From Christensenellaceae bacterium (GTDB lineage: Bacteria > Bacillota > Clostridia > Christensenellales > DTU072): a DNA stretch of 64,000 bases. Within the stretch, counting starts at the first letter, position 1. Every line of letters begins with the position of its first letter. The stretch spans positions 1,991 to 65,990 of the forward strand of contig JAIRKT010000049.1 in assembly GCA_031259965.1 (NCBI GenBank). The letters run 5' to 3'. The position numbers and the translations under genes were made by a program. This document shows positions 41,871 to 52,220 of the stretch, one piece after another. The notes below the pieces were generated by a model. The model saw only the letters and a program-made list of their open reading frames with translations. It was not told the DNA's origin and did not search any database.

Positions 41871-43298
41871 TTATAAACTCAAAATTTCAACTTTGTCTTC
41901 AGGTGTGATTAAGCTAAGTTGTACAGGTTTTAAAGTTTGATTATCGCGCCCTACAACTTTAGACAAATCAACATAATAAGTATAATCTTTTACTGATGTA
42001 TTCCAGAAATAAATGAGGTCACCTATTTTTTCTAGAGGAAGCCAAGAAATAGTTGCAGAAGCCTTAAAAACTTCTATTGCCTCTGGTCCAAAATTTACGA
42101 CATAACCATCTTCCGTTTTGTCTAAAACCTTAATCTTGCTGATTACCGAAGAACTATTATAGTAAATTTCAACATTAGAGTCTGTTTTGCTTAAATAAAA
42201 TATCGTAGCTGAACTAGGAATTAGCGTAGCTTCTTTGTCTTTTATATAATTACCATTTATAAGTCTGAATAAACCAATATCAGTACCAGATGTCGCTATA
42301 AGATTATTATCGTCTAGAAAATGCAATTTTGTAATGTCTCGGCCACTAGTATATCTAACTTCTTTTTGGTGATCAAAAGTTAGATCTGAACTGAAATCAT
42401 ATGAATATGTGCCTTTTGAACGTGTATTTGGGCCGCTATCTGTTTTGGTGTAAACCAATCTCAATTTATTATCGGACAAATAAATTGATTCTACTAATGT
42501 TAAAGTATATCCTGTTGGGACTTCTAGCTTTTCCGATGGGTATGATGGAACGTTGCCTATAATAACTTTTTTAGACTCACCGCCTGCTGTATAAACCCAC
42601 ATTTCGTTATGTGTCTCAGTTTTAACCTCAGATGGTTTTGTATAAAAAACCTTATCTACAAAAGCATTTTCTTCATCTGCGCGAGGTGTAAAATAATACG
42701 TTGTTACATCACTGACTATTACCTTGTCATCAAATTTCTTAGAATTTAAATCTATTTCATGAATTTCGGTTGCTGTTTTAATATAAACAACATATCCTTT
42801 CACTACTTTGTATATATTTGTATAATCATCGAACTTGGCTATTATCTCAGTGCCCGTTCCATCTAATTTGGATCGCATTAAAAACATAGCTGATGTTCTA
42901 ATTTCCCCATTCTTGTCTTTGTCTGTAGAAGGTGTGCTATAGTATATATAACCATCTTGAATATATAAACCAGAAGTAGCTGTCGTGTTGTAGACATTCT
43001 TTGAAACTATCACTTTGTTAGTTTCATATATTGGCCGACCATTTGCATCCAACTCACAACGAACAATAGCACCTTTGATTACTTTGCCAAAGGAATTATC
43101 CACTGTGTTTCCAGCATATCCATTTATATAATATAGATATTTCCCAATTTTTACAGCCATCCCACCATTCGACTCAACGACAGCTCCAGATAGATCATCT
43201 GTTGGAATTGGGTCTGTCTTAAAATTTTCACCACATCCAATAAGTATGGTTGCTAAGCAAACAATACATAACAGCAATACTACTATTTTTTTGACCAT
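41871..43298 (-). CDS. Lipoprotein, DUF5050-like beta-propeller
   Basis: Lipobox LIGC; NGG.AV..G.YLYYING, DGYIYY, RSKLDGT; start moved to ATG 43298. Confidence 0.65.
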   Translation of the reverse strand: MVKKIVVLLLCIVCLATILIGCGENFKTDPIPTDDLSGAVVESNGGMAVKIGKYLYYINGYAGNTVDNSFGKVIKGAIVRCELDANGRPIYETNKVIVSKNVYNTTATSGLYIQDGYIYYSTPSTDKDKNGEIRTSAMFLMRSKLDGTGTEIIAKFDDYTNIYKVVKGYVVYIKTATEIHEIDLNSKKFDDKVIVSDVTTYYFTPRADEENAFVDKVFYTKPSEVKTETHNEMWVYTAGGESKKVIIGNVPSYPSEKLEVPTGYTLTLVESIYLSDNKLRLVYTKTDSGPNTRSKGTYSYDFSSDLTFDHQKEVRYTSGRDITKLHFLDDNNLIATSGTDIGLFRLINGNYIKDKEATLIPSSATIFYLSKTDSNVEIYYNSSSVISKIKVLDKTEDGYVVNFGPEAIEVFKASATISWLPLEKIGDLIYFWNTSVKDYTYYVDLSKVVGRDNQTLKPVQLSLITPEDKVEILSL

Positions 43299-43641
43299 TA
43301 CAAATTTCTCCCGGTCACAAACTAGATATTTTAACTTTTCAGTTAGTCTTTTCTGCTGTGAAAACACAATAGATAAAAGACGTCTGCTAATTATACACAA
43401 ATATATAAGTTTTAGCAAGTAAATAGACAACCATTCTAGTTTTTTAGCTTTACAAAAAAACGACTTGTGAATAGATTTTTTTATCAAAATTTGAATTTGG
43501 ATGACTAAAAAACCGTAAAAACAGCAAAACCCATGTGCATATAAGTAAAGATTTCTTATTTATACATTATATCTATTTTATTACCAAAGCTAATTGGCAT
43601 TTAAAGTTATTCCCCCCCCCCGAATAACATTCGCAAAAGTA

Positions 43642-44556
43642 TTAACCATCCTTTTTCATTTTTTCAACTAGTTCTTGAATTATACGATCTGCATCCACGT
43701 ATGGCACTTGACATGTTCCCACCTGTTTATGCCCACCACCACCATATGTAAGTAACAAACTACCCACATCTGTTTTAGATGTTCTCTTTATGACACTATG
43801 TCCGACTGCAATTGGACAATTTTGTTTGCCTTTACCATCTATAGCCCATATTGAAATATTTTGTTGAGGAAATAAACTATATATAACAAAACGATTACCT
43901 GTGTAGATAAGTTCCTCGCCTCGTAGATCTGTTATTATAACATTGCCATCAACCCTAGTGTGTTTTTTAATCATTTCACGAAATAGCGTGTCCTGCTCAA
44001 AATACATTTCACAGCGTTCTTTAACATCAGGGTTAGCTAGAATATCGTTTATGTCTTCTTTGCGACACTGATCCATCAAGTCTTCCATCAATTCGTAATT
44101 GCTTATTCTAAAACTGGAGAATCTTCCCAAACCTGTTCTAGGATCCATGATAAAACCCAGCAATACCCATTCTTTTGGATTTAATATTTCACTTATTGTA
44201 AGCTTTGCCGCATCAACTTTATCAACAGCTAATACCATGTCTTCAAAATGAGGAAGCCTTCTTCTCCCACCATAATATTCATATATAATTCGAGCAGCAC
44301 TATCCTCTGGTCTGCTTTCGCCTTCCCACGTAAAATCTGCTCCTAATCTAACAGTTTCGCTTGCATGATGATCAAACCACAATTTACATCCCTTTGCATA
44401 AGGCACATTGGCTAAAACATCATTTTTAGTGACTTCTACCAGCCCATCCTGTATATCCTTTGGATGAACAAACATCCAAGTATCAATAATGTCAAGCTCT
44501 TTTAACAGAGCTCCGCAAGCAAGTCCGTCAAAATCCGACCTTGTTAATAATCTCAT
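43642..44556 (-). CDS. DHH-family phosphoesterase (exopolyphosphatase-like)
   Basis: TRSDFDG, FDHH, GGGGH. Confidence 0.88.
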   Translation of the reverse strand: MRLLTRSDFDGLACGALLKELDIIDTWMFVHPKDIQDGLVEVTKNDVLANVPYAKGCKLWFDHHASETVRLGADFTWEGESRPEDSAARIIYEYYGGRRRLPHFEDMVLAVDKVDAAKLTISEILNPKEWVLLGFIMDPRTGLGRFSSFRISNYELMEDLMDQCRKEDINDILANPDVKERCEMYFEQDTLFREMIKKHTRVDGNVIITDLRGEELIYTGNRFVIYSLFPQQNISIWAIDGKGKQNCPIAVGHSVIKRTSKTDVGSLLLTYGGGGHKQVGTCQVPYVDADRIIQELVEKMKKDG

Positions 44557-44675
44557 TTTTGTCTCCGGCAAAACTAATTGATAACTTTTGATTACAATAA
44601 TAAATTATACCATTTTAAACCTTTTTTTTCAATACTAAATTATAAGGAATTTATTGAAAAAACTGGGTTTTTTTA

Positions 44676-45542
44676 CTACTTCAGTTTATTATTACAATCT
44701 TTAATAAAATCGCCTAATCCTTCTTCAAAATTAACCCCAAATCTTATGTCTGTTTCTGCCTTATATGTTCGCATAATGGAGCCAACCGTAAAATCGACAG
44801 CTATTTTTATTGCTTTAGATAACTCTATCCCACGCACAACTGCTGCAACTAATGCAGACCCAAATACATCACCTGTTCCATGATAATAACCAGGTATTTT
44901 GGGGGACATCTCGTATGAAATAACGCCAGTGGTTGCGTCATATGCGGCAGCGCCTAATTCACCCTCGTTAAAATAAACACCAGTTAAAACCACGCGAGAT
45001 GGGCCCATATCACTTAGTTTTATTAGTAAGTTTTTTATGTATTCCTTTGTGTATGGTCCCTCTTTATAAGATATATCTAACATAAATGCGGCTTCTGTAA
45101 TGTTAGGCATAATTATATCTGCCATGCTACATAATTTAGTCATGCCCTTTGGAAAACTATTGTCAAAAATAGTATATAATTTTCCATTATCAGCCATTAC
45201 TGGATCAACAGCAATTATTGATTGCGCTCTTCTTAATTTTTTAAACATTTCAGATACTATATCTATTTGCTCAAATGATCCTAAAAAACCACTATATATC
45301 GCGTCAAATTCTAAATTTAGTGTATCCCAGTGTTGAAGTATTTTGTTTAGATCTCCTGTTAGATCTCTGTAAGTAAATCCTTTAAAACCGCCTGTGTGTG
45401 TGGACAAAATAGCCGTTGGCAAAACTACAGTTTCCACACCTATTGATGATATGATAGGCAATGCAACCGTCAAAGAACATCGTCCAAAACAAGAGATATC
45501 ATGGACAGCTAGTAGTCTTTTTTGGTTTATCGTGCTTGTCAT
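44676..45542 (-). CDS. pdxK: Pyridoxal/pyridoxamine kinase
   Basis: HDISCFGRCSL, LSTHTG, DPVMADNG, PNITEA, GTGDVF. Confidence 0.9.
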   Translation of the reverse strand: MTSTINQKRLLAVHDISCFGRCSLTVALPIISSIGVETVVLPTAILSTHTGGFKGFTYRDLTGDLNKILQHWDTLNLEFDAIYSGFLGSFEQIDIVSEMFKKLRRAQSIIAVDPVMADNGKLYTIFDNSFPKGMTKLCSMADIIMPNITEAAFMLDISYKEGPYTKEYIKNLLIKLSDMGPSRVVLTGVYFNEGELGAAAYDATTGVISYEMSPKIPGYYHGTGDVFGSALVAAVVRGIELSKAIKIAVDFTVGSIMRTYKAETDIRFGVNFEEGLGDFIKDCNNKLK

Positions 45543-46167
45543 TTTTACTCCTTTTCTTGATTAGCATACTTTTTTATTCTAAATGAAAACCTTGACTTAA
45601 AATTCTCATATTAATTAGATGGAATTTGCGTATTTATACTTAATATAAAAAATCACTTTTGCCTAAGTTAAAATGAATTTTCTTTTTGGCATACTTTAGA
45701 ATATCAAAGCAGCGCTTGTTTCTATCATTAATATACTATATAAACCATTTTTTGTCAATATTTTAATCTTATATTTTAACTTTTTCAAACTTTCTTTGTT
45801 TAAAAATTTTAAATCATACTAGAATTTTCTATTGTATCTCCTTGTTTAGGCTAAATAAGGCTCTTGAATAATCATAATTTTAAACTAGTCTTAACATACC
45901 AATGCAATATAATCCTAATAGCTTCACTAAAAAAATTGCTCGGTTCAATAATTAGGATACCTTTAAAATGCTACCAAAGTTTAATCTTTCTTTTTAATAG
46001 CACCATAATGATACACAAATACTATTATGTTACATAAATTTAGTCTATGTGCGTTTTGTTTAACCATATGAAAGTTTTAACCATACTTCTCTATTTTTGT
46101 AAAACGCCTTGTTTTTTAATTTTTTATATAATTTTTGTTCTTTCTTATATATTATTCTTGCAAATTA

Positions 46168-46196
46168 TTGCAAAATTTCATTATTGCGGTTATAAT
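46168..46196 (+). promoter_or_regulatory. sigmaA-like promoter of the c-di-GMP operon
   Basis: TTGCAA-17 nt-TATAAT. Confidence 0.55.
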
Positions 46197-46382
46197 TTTA
46201 GTAAGTGTGTCTTTCAATATTTTTGTTGCAAGCGTTTTTTCGTTTTTATTTGCATTTATGAAAACTTAAATTTCTTTAATTGCACCAATTAGTTTTATTG
46301 AATCGTAGCACTAAATTTTTAAGTTTTGTTTAATTTATTTAATAAACAAATGCTTCAATTCAATTACACCAGGGATTAATTC

Positions 46383-47924
46383 ATGTCGAAAAATATCAAA
46401 TTGTCGATAATTTTTCATATATTAGCATCTTGTTTATCTTTCACCTCTTTGGTGATAGGTATTGTTATTACTAATGTTGTTTTCATTGTTCTGTCTGCAT
46501 TGGTATGCGTATCTTTTATTTGCACGTCAATTTTTACGCTAAGAGAAAAATATAGTTCTGATCTGCCAATTCTTGAACAAGTGCGAAACTTTATTTCAGG
46601 TGGATATATAGAATTTTACATAGACGATAACCTAACAATTCGTTCACACACCCCTGGTTTAATTAGACATTTAGGATACAATGAAGCCACCTTTAAGAAA
46701 ACGATCAATGATAGTTTTTTAAATCTCGTTGTGCCAGAGGATCGTGAATTATTAATAACTCGCTTAAAAAGCAGTTCTAATATTCTAAAAACGCTGCAAC
46801 TAAGATTTCGAATCATTGCAGATCAACAGCGTATAATTCCTGTTGTTGCTCAACTTACATATTCATTAACAGCTCAGAAATTAATTAAACAAAACACTTT
46901 TTATAGACACATGTTAGTCAGGTGTTTAATCATAGATTTTACTTCTGTAAAAAACGAAGAAACTGAACGCACAATAGAGGCCGAACGATACAAAGTTGTA
47001 GTTGAACAATCAGATAGTATTATATTTGATTATAACATAAAAGATCGTGTATTGTTTATTAACAATGCTTTCGAGAAGAAATTCGGTTATAAAATAATGC
47101 CTGGTGTTGATCTTAGAAATGTTTTGTTGGGAGAAAACGCAATAACACACCGCGAGGACGCCGACAAATTAATTGCACTTATAACTTCAGACGAAGCCTC
47201 CCACGAATTAATCATACGCATCAAAAAATTTGATAGTTCCTATATTTGGTGCAAACTAACAGCTACTATTCTGTTTGGATCCGACTCAACCCCTCTGCGC
47301 CTTATAGGACGAATAATAGATATTGATATTTCATTTAGAGAAAAGGAGCTTCTTTTAGAAAGAACCTTGAGAGATCCTTTAACTGGTTTATATAACAAAC
47401 TAGCAACCGAAAATTTGATTAAAGAATCTTTAGATAATGCGCCAAAATTAGCTTTGTTTGCTTTTGTATTATTTGATTTAGACAATTTTAAACACATAAA
47501 TGATAATTTTGGCCACATATGTGGAGATAGAGTATTATCAAAAATTGCAACCGCAATGTCCTCCCTACTTAGATCGTCAGACATCATAGGCCGAATAGGT
47601 GGTGATGAATTTGTTGTATTGATTAGGGACTTACCAAACGAATTGCATGCAATAAAAAAAGTAGGGGCTATTCTCTCTTCAATTTCTAATGCATTTAATA
47701 TGAATGATGATGGATTCAGCGTCTCGGCTAGTGCTGGTATATCATTCTTTTCTTCACATGGGACAACTTATTTGGAACTATTTGAAAAAGCCGATACTTC
47801 TTTATATAAAGTTAAAAACGCTGGCAAAAATTCATACTCAGTTTATTCAGAACCCATTCCAAAAAAAGAAGTCTGGAAGAATCATCCCAAAACAGGGTTG
47901 GATAAAACGGGAGTTGTAAAATGA
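46383..47924 (+). CDS. Membrane PAS-PAS-GGDEF diguanylate cyclase
   Basis: 2 TM helices, PAS-like segments, DPLTGLYN, DLDNFKHIND, RSSD I-site, intact GGDEF. Confidence 0.92.
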   Translation: MSKNIKLSIIFHILASCLSFTSLVIGIVITNVVFIVLSALVCVSFICTSIFTLREKYSSDLPILEQVRNFISGGYIEFYIDDNLTIRSHTPGLIRHLGYNEATFKKTINDSFLNLVVPEDRELLITRLKSSSNILKTLQLRFRIIADQQRIIPVVAQLTYSLTAQKLIKQNTFYRHMLVRCLIIDFTSVKNEETERTIEAERYKVVVEQSDSIIFDYNIKDRVLFINNAFEKKFGYKIMPGVDLRNVLLGENAITHREDADKLIALITSDEASHELIIRIKKFDSSYIWCKLTATILFGSDSTPLRLIGRIIDIDISFREKELLLERTLRDPLTGLYNKLATENLIKESLDNAPKLALFAFVLFDLDNFKHINDNFGHICGDRVLSKIATAMSSLLRSSDIIGRIGGDEFVVLIRDLPNELHAIKKVGAILSSISNAFNMNDDGFSVSASAGISFFSSHGTTYLELFEKADTSLYKVKNAGKNSYSVYSEPIPKKEVWKNHPKTGLDKTGVVK

Positions 47925-50485
47925 AAAAATATTATTTTAGATTTTTCTTATTTGTTATAATCATCTTATTGGCTATAAGCGCAATAACTACTTTGTATCT
48001 CACTTACCATTCTGATACTATACACGAACGTTATGAAGCTGTTTATGGAGAATCTGTAGCAAACGCTGCAAGTCACATGGATGAATATGTGGTCGATTCA
48101 TTTCGCGTTCTCGATGCTTTGAAAGACGGTGAACACTTTGAAATTCCAACTGGTTATTATGCAATAGGAACAATAACTCCAGAAGAAATAAAAAAACATG
48201 AACTTCCTAACCACATAATCGTAGAAAAACTAACCTCCAAAATAATTTTCGATAATGTCTCTGGCGCCTTATTAAAAGACAAACATGGCGATCCATACCC
48301 ATACGTGATGACATTTGGTACTTTCTTTGATACGGATTTAGTAATTTATGCAAAACCCACAGCTAATCCAGAGTCATACATACTACTTTTTGAAAAATTA
48401 GAAGATTTTAGAAAAAAGATGTCTGTACTTAATTTAGATAACGTTATAATGACCGATGATAACGGAATTGTTATGGCATCCTTTGATTCCTCATTTAAGC
48501 ATGATAAACTATATTCATCTGCCTCAGCATCTGCATTCTCTCCCGCTGAATTTGGAGATATGGATACGAATACAACTCTTAGAATCTCGGTTGACGGCGT
48601 CCCCAGTTATTTGATTAAACGAAAAATGAATGTACCTCAATACTATACTGTAGGATATATTAATAGTCAATCTATAGATGATGCTATAGTCGCAGACAAC
48701 ATACGTAATGGCGTTTTTGTTGCATTAACTATCATATTTTCATTTGGCGGTGCTGTTCTAATCTTTTTAACATACTTTATTCTAAGTCGAAATTACGTTA
48801 ATGTTAGTATCGCAAAAGGAAAGTATAGTTTGTTTGTCAGTAAAGGTGGCGATATTCTAAAACGAAATCGTAAATTTAGAAAAGAATTTAAATATAATAC
48901 GATCACTGGCTCACTAATGAATAATGAACTCGGAGTTCCAAACACAGTTGGAGATACGGATCTTATATTGCGAATGAATAATAGAAATAGCGAACAAAAA
49001 TATTTGAGATTTTTGTCAACCAAAACTCTTTATGGATACCGAATGCTCGGCACAGATGCAACGGCATTCATGAATGTATACCTCGAAGCACGTTATTTAT
49101 CAAATTGTGATTATATTACTAGATTGCCAAATTTAACACAATTAGATATTGATTATCAGAAGGCCTGCTTTGAATCTGGCAATGAACAATTTTGTTTCGA
49201 ATTCATTGATATCATTGATATGGAACGATACAAAGTAATGTTTGGACAATCATTCTATGATCAATTAAAAATTAATTTCTCAAAACGTTTAAACAATATC
49301 TTTAATGGTATGGTTTATCAATCAAGTGACACACGATTCCTAATATTCACTAGAGAAACAACAATTACAAAATTTTTAACTACAGAATTAGATAAATATG
49401 CGAGTTTAATAAGCGCACCTATACGAGTCGAAACTCAATTCCTTATTTTGGAGTTTAAAGGTGGTCACAGCAAAACATTTTTAGCTAAGGAACGTCCACT
49501 TTTAGAAACCATGTTGAACCAAGCAAGGCTGGCTTTAACTGCGGCTACTGAATCCGCAGGTCGCAGCATTGTGGGTTATTATGACACATTAATGCATGGT
49601 GATTCTGTTAAGTATGAAAACCGCGATGCTGTACTCGAATTGCTTGAATCCGATATGTTAACTCTAAATTATCAGCCACAACAAAACCTGCATACAGGTG
49701 CAATAGTTGGATTTGAGGCGCTAATTAGACCGAAGAAAAAATTGAATATGCCAATTCTTAACTTCATAGAGCACGCCGAGCGCAATGGAAGTATTATAGA
49801 ACTTGGCAATTTTGTCTACAGAACTGCTATGACATTTGCAAAAAAACTAGAAAATACTGATGTTATTGTTGCAATGAATGTATCACCAGTACAACTTATG
49901 CAAGAAGGTTTTGTTTCAACATTCTTGCATTTTTATAAATCATTTGATTTAAGACCACATAGTATTGCAATCGAAATAACAGAATCTTTCTTAATGTCAA
50001 ATTATAATAGAGTATTGAAAATTTTGAATATGTTAAACTCAGAGGGTGTTGATATACACTTAGATGATTTTGGTACAGTATATTCGTCAATGCTATATTT
50101 AAAACGACTGCCCATTAGTACTATTAAAATCGATCGTGAATTTATACGAGATATTAACTTCAACGGCTACAGCAAAATGGTCGTTGGAATCATAGCACAA
50201 TCTGCTACACATTTAAAATTAAAAAGTATCGCAGAGGGTGTTGAAACAGGTGAACAAGCTGAAACTCTTAGAGAGTTAAAATGCGATATTATTCAAGGTT
50301 ACCATGTAGGTCGTGCAATGGAAGACACAGTTGCTCTACAATTATTAGGTATTACACCTCAGGATGTTCCACAAGCTCCTGAAATTGAGATTGCAGAACC
50401 TCCCAAACCACAAACCCCCGAGGATTTTATAGATTCACTTGAAACTCAAAAATCGTCTACTCAGACACAAAATGAGAATTCTTAA
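47921..50485 (+). CDS. Membrane sensor with degenerate GGDEF and intact-looking EAL phosphodiesterase
   Basis: YQPQ, FEALIR, NVSP, EITE, DDFGT, KIDR, AEGVE, QGY; no GGDEF signature. Confidence 0.9.
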   Translation: MKKYYFRFFLFVIIILLAISAITTLYLTYHSDTIHERYEAVYGESVANAASHMDEYVVDSFRVLDALKDGEHFEIPTGYYAIGTITPEEIKKHELPNHIIVEKLTSKIIFDNVSGALLKDKHGDPYPYVMTFGTFFDTDLVIYAKPTANPESYILLFEKLEDFRKKMSVLNLDNVIMTDDNGIVMASFDSSFKHDKLYSSASASAFSPAEFGDMDTNTTLRISVDGVPSYLIKRKMNVPQYYTVGYINSQSIDDAIVADNIRNGVFVALTIIFSFGGAVLIFLTYFILSRNYVNVSIAKGKYSLFVSKGGDILKRNRKFRKEFKYNTITGSLMNNELGVPNTVGDTDLILRMNNRNSEQKYLRFLSTKTLYGYRMLGTDATAFMNVYLEARYLSNCDYITRLPNLTQLDIDYQKACFESGNEQFCFEFIDIIDMERYKVMFGQSFYDQLKINFSKRLNNIFNGMVYQSSDTRFLIFTRETTITKFLTTELDKYASLISAPIRVETQFLILEFKGGHSKTFLAKERPLLETMLNQARLALTAATESAGRSIVGYYDTLMHGDSVKYENRDAVLELLESDMLTLNYQPQQNLHTGAIVGFEALIRPKKKLNMPILNFIEHAERNGSIIELGNFVYRTAMTFAKKLENTDVIVAMNVSPVQLMQEGFVSTFLHFYKSFDLRPHSIAIEITESFLMSNYNRVLKILNMLNSEGVDIHLDDFGTVYSSMLYLKRLPISTIKIDREFIRDINFNGYSKMVVGIIAQSATHLKLKSIAEGVETGEQAETLRELKCDIIQGYHVGRAMEDTVALQLLGITPQDVPQAPEIEIAEPPKPQTPEDFIDSLETQKSSTQTQNENS

Positions 50486-50510
50486 ATTACTTTAACGAGG
50501 TTTTATAAAA

Positions 50511-52103
50511 ATGACTCAACTAATTGCAATAGCTAGTAGCACCGAAATTCTTTTTCTAATCCTAATTGTATTGGGTTGCATCATGTTATCGCTACTTTTC
50601 ATACGCTCAATAATCCGAGAGCGCAGAAGAATTGCAGAACAAAAAGAAAAAGAAGGGACTCTCTCCACAGAAGAATTTTTTGACTTGCTTGGAAAACTTC
50701 TTGACGCTAGCAAAAAAATAACGCTTGTCTTATTAAGAATCGACATTTTTGATAGTGTTGCTCTTTTTAAGAGCGTAGGTGAAATGCAATATAACACAGC
50801 TTTCGATCAATTAATTAGTAGAATATATCAAGTCCTAGGATTAAACATCAAAGTTGCAAGACAAGATGATGATTTAGTGTATGTCTATATGCGCACTACT
50901 AAAATAGGAAATGCCAACTTAGACAATTTGTGCAGAACGCTTATAACTGAACTTAATAAAAGTATTCTCATAGCTGGAATGCTAAAAGTTGATTTTGATC
51001 TAAACGTTGGTGTTGTAACATATCCGGGCGGTGGTAAAACTGTCGATGCAATTCAACAAAATCTCCAATTAGCTGTCGTTGCTGCTAAAAGAAAGGGTAT
51101 TAATCAATATGCTTTCTATGATATTTCATTAACAAATCAAGAAAGTGATGAATACAAGAGTTTCCTCGAGATCAAATCTGCTATCGATAATAAAGATTTT
51201 ACTTTGTATTATCAACCAATTGTCAATTTGGAAACGTTAGAAGTAGCTTCTGCTGAATCGCTTTTGAGATGGAAACATAAGGATAGAGGTATTCTTCCTC
51301 CAAGTTCCTTCTTAAGCGTAATGGAACATACTGGTGATATAAACTGGGTTGGTTTTTGGGCGCTCGAAAATTTGTTTAAACAACATGCAAGCTGGGTAAC
51401 ACAATACCCTGATATTAATTTCTTCCTCTCTACAAACTTATCTGACAAACAATTACTAAACCCTCAACTTGCAGAAGAAGTTAGACGTTTAGCAAAAAAA
51501 TTCAAAATTTCACCTATTAATTTCTGCTTCGAAGTATTACAATCTTGTTTTGAATCTGCTACCCCTGATTCTATGATCATTAACAATGTTAAAGCGTTAA
51601 AAAATATGGGATTCTTAATTACAATAGATAACTTCGGTGTATCTGATACATCACTTAATAGTATCATTAGTAATGTAAAAGTCGATATGATAAAGCTCTC
51701 ACGTGGTTATATTAATCAGTCGCAAAATAGTGAATTCATTTATGATATGATTAAAATGTTAGTGGGATATGCAAAAAAGAATGAAATCAAAATGGTGGCT
51801 GAAGGTGTTGAGACTGCCGAAAATTTGGATTACATAAAGAAACTAGGCATTGAATATGGACAAGGATTCTTCTTTGCAAAACCAGGAGCTCCTAGTGATC
51901 TGATGAATGCAGTCGTTATGACGCCTTGGACAACTAGTGTCATAACAAAACCTGTCTCCCAAACAATCATAGTAGAACCTGACGCTACCTCTTCTACAGA
52001 AGAGAAGAATACTGAAACCGCAGAGGCGGTTGTTTTAGAAGAGTCACCTACTGCTAATGACAATATCGCAGAGCAAACTCCTCAAGAGAATCAAGAATCT
52101 TAG
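50511..52103 (+). CDS. Degenerate GGDEF and degenerate EAL protein (possible c-di-GMP receptor)
   Basis: N-terminal TM; RQDDD for GGDEF; ESL, EVLQ, DNFG and KLSR replace EAL, EITE, DDFG and KID. Confidence 0.8.
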   Translation: MTQLIAIASSTEILFLILIVLGCIMLSLLFIRSIIRERRRIAEQKEKEGTLSTEEFFDLLGKLLDASKKITLVLLRIDIFDSVALFKSVGEMQYNTAFDQLISRIYQVLGLNIKVARQDDDLVYVYMRTTKIGNANLDNLCRTLITELNKSILIAGMLKVDFDLNVGVVTYPGGGKTVDAIQQNLQLAVVAAKRKGINQYAFYDISLTNQESDEYKSFLEIKSAIDNKDFTLYYQPIVNLETLEVASAESLLRWKHKDRGILPPSSFLSVMEHTGDINWVGFWALENLFKQHASWVTQYPDINFFLSTNLSDKQLLNPQLAEEVRRLAKKFKISPINFCFEVLQSCFESATPDSMIINNVKALKNMGFLITIDNFGVSDTSLNSIISNVKVDMIKLSRGYINQSQNSEFIYDMIKMLVGYAKKNEIKMVAEGVETAENLDYIKKLGIEYGQGFFFAKPGAPSDLMNAVVMTPWTTSVITKPVSQTIIVEPDATSSTEEKNTETAEAVVLEESPTANDNIAEQTPQENQES

Positions 52104-52132
52104 TATCTGTTTAATTCGCAAACATTTTAATT

Positions 52133-52167
52133 AGTCCTGCACTCACCCAATTGTGTGCAGGACTTTT
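52133..52167 (+). terminator. Intrinsic terminator
   Basis: AGTCCTGCAC/GTGCAGGACT stem followed by TTT. Confidence 0.75.
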
Positions 52168-52220
52168 CCGTATATTCTTTGCTGTTTCCATAAATTCGTT
52201 TATTCGAATCCTTCTTGATT

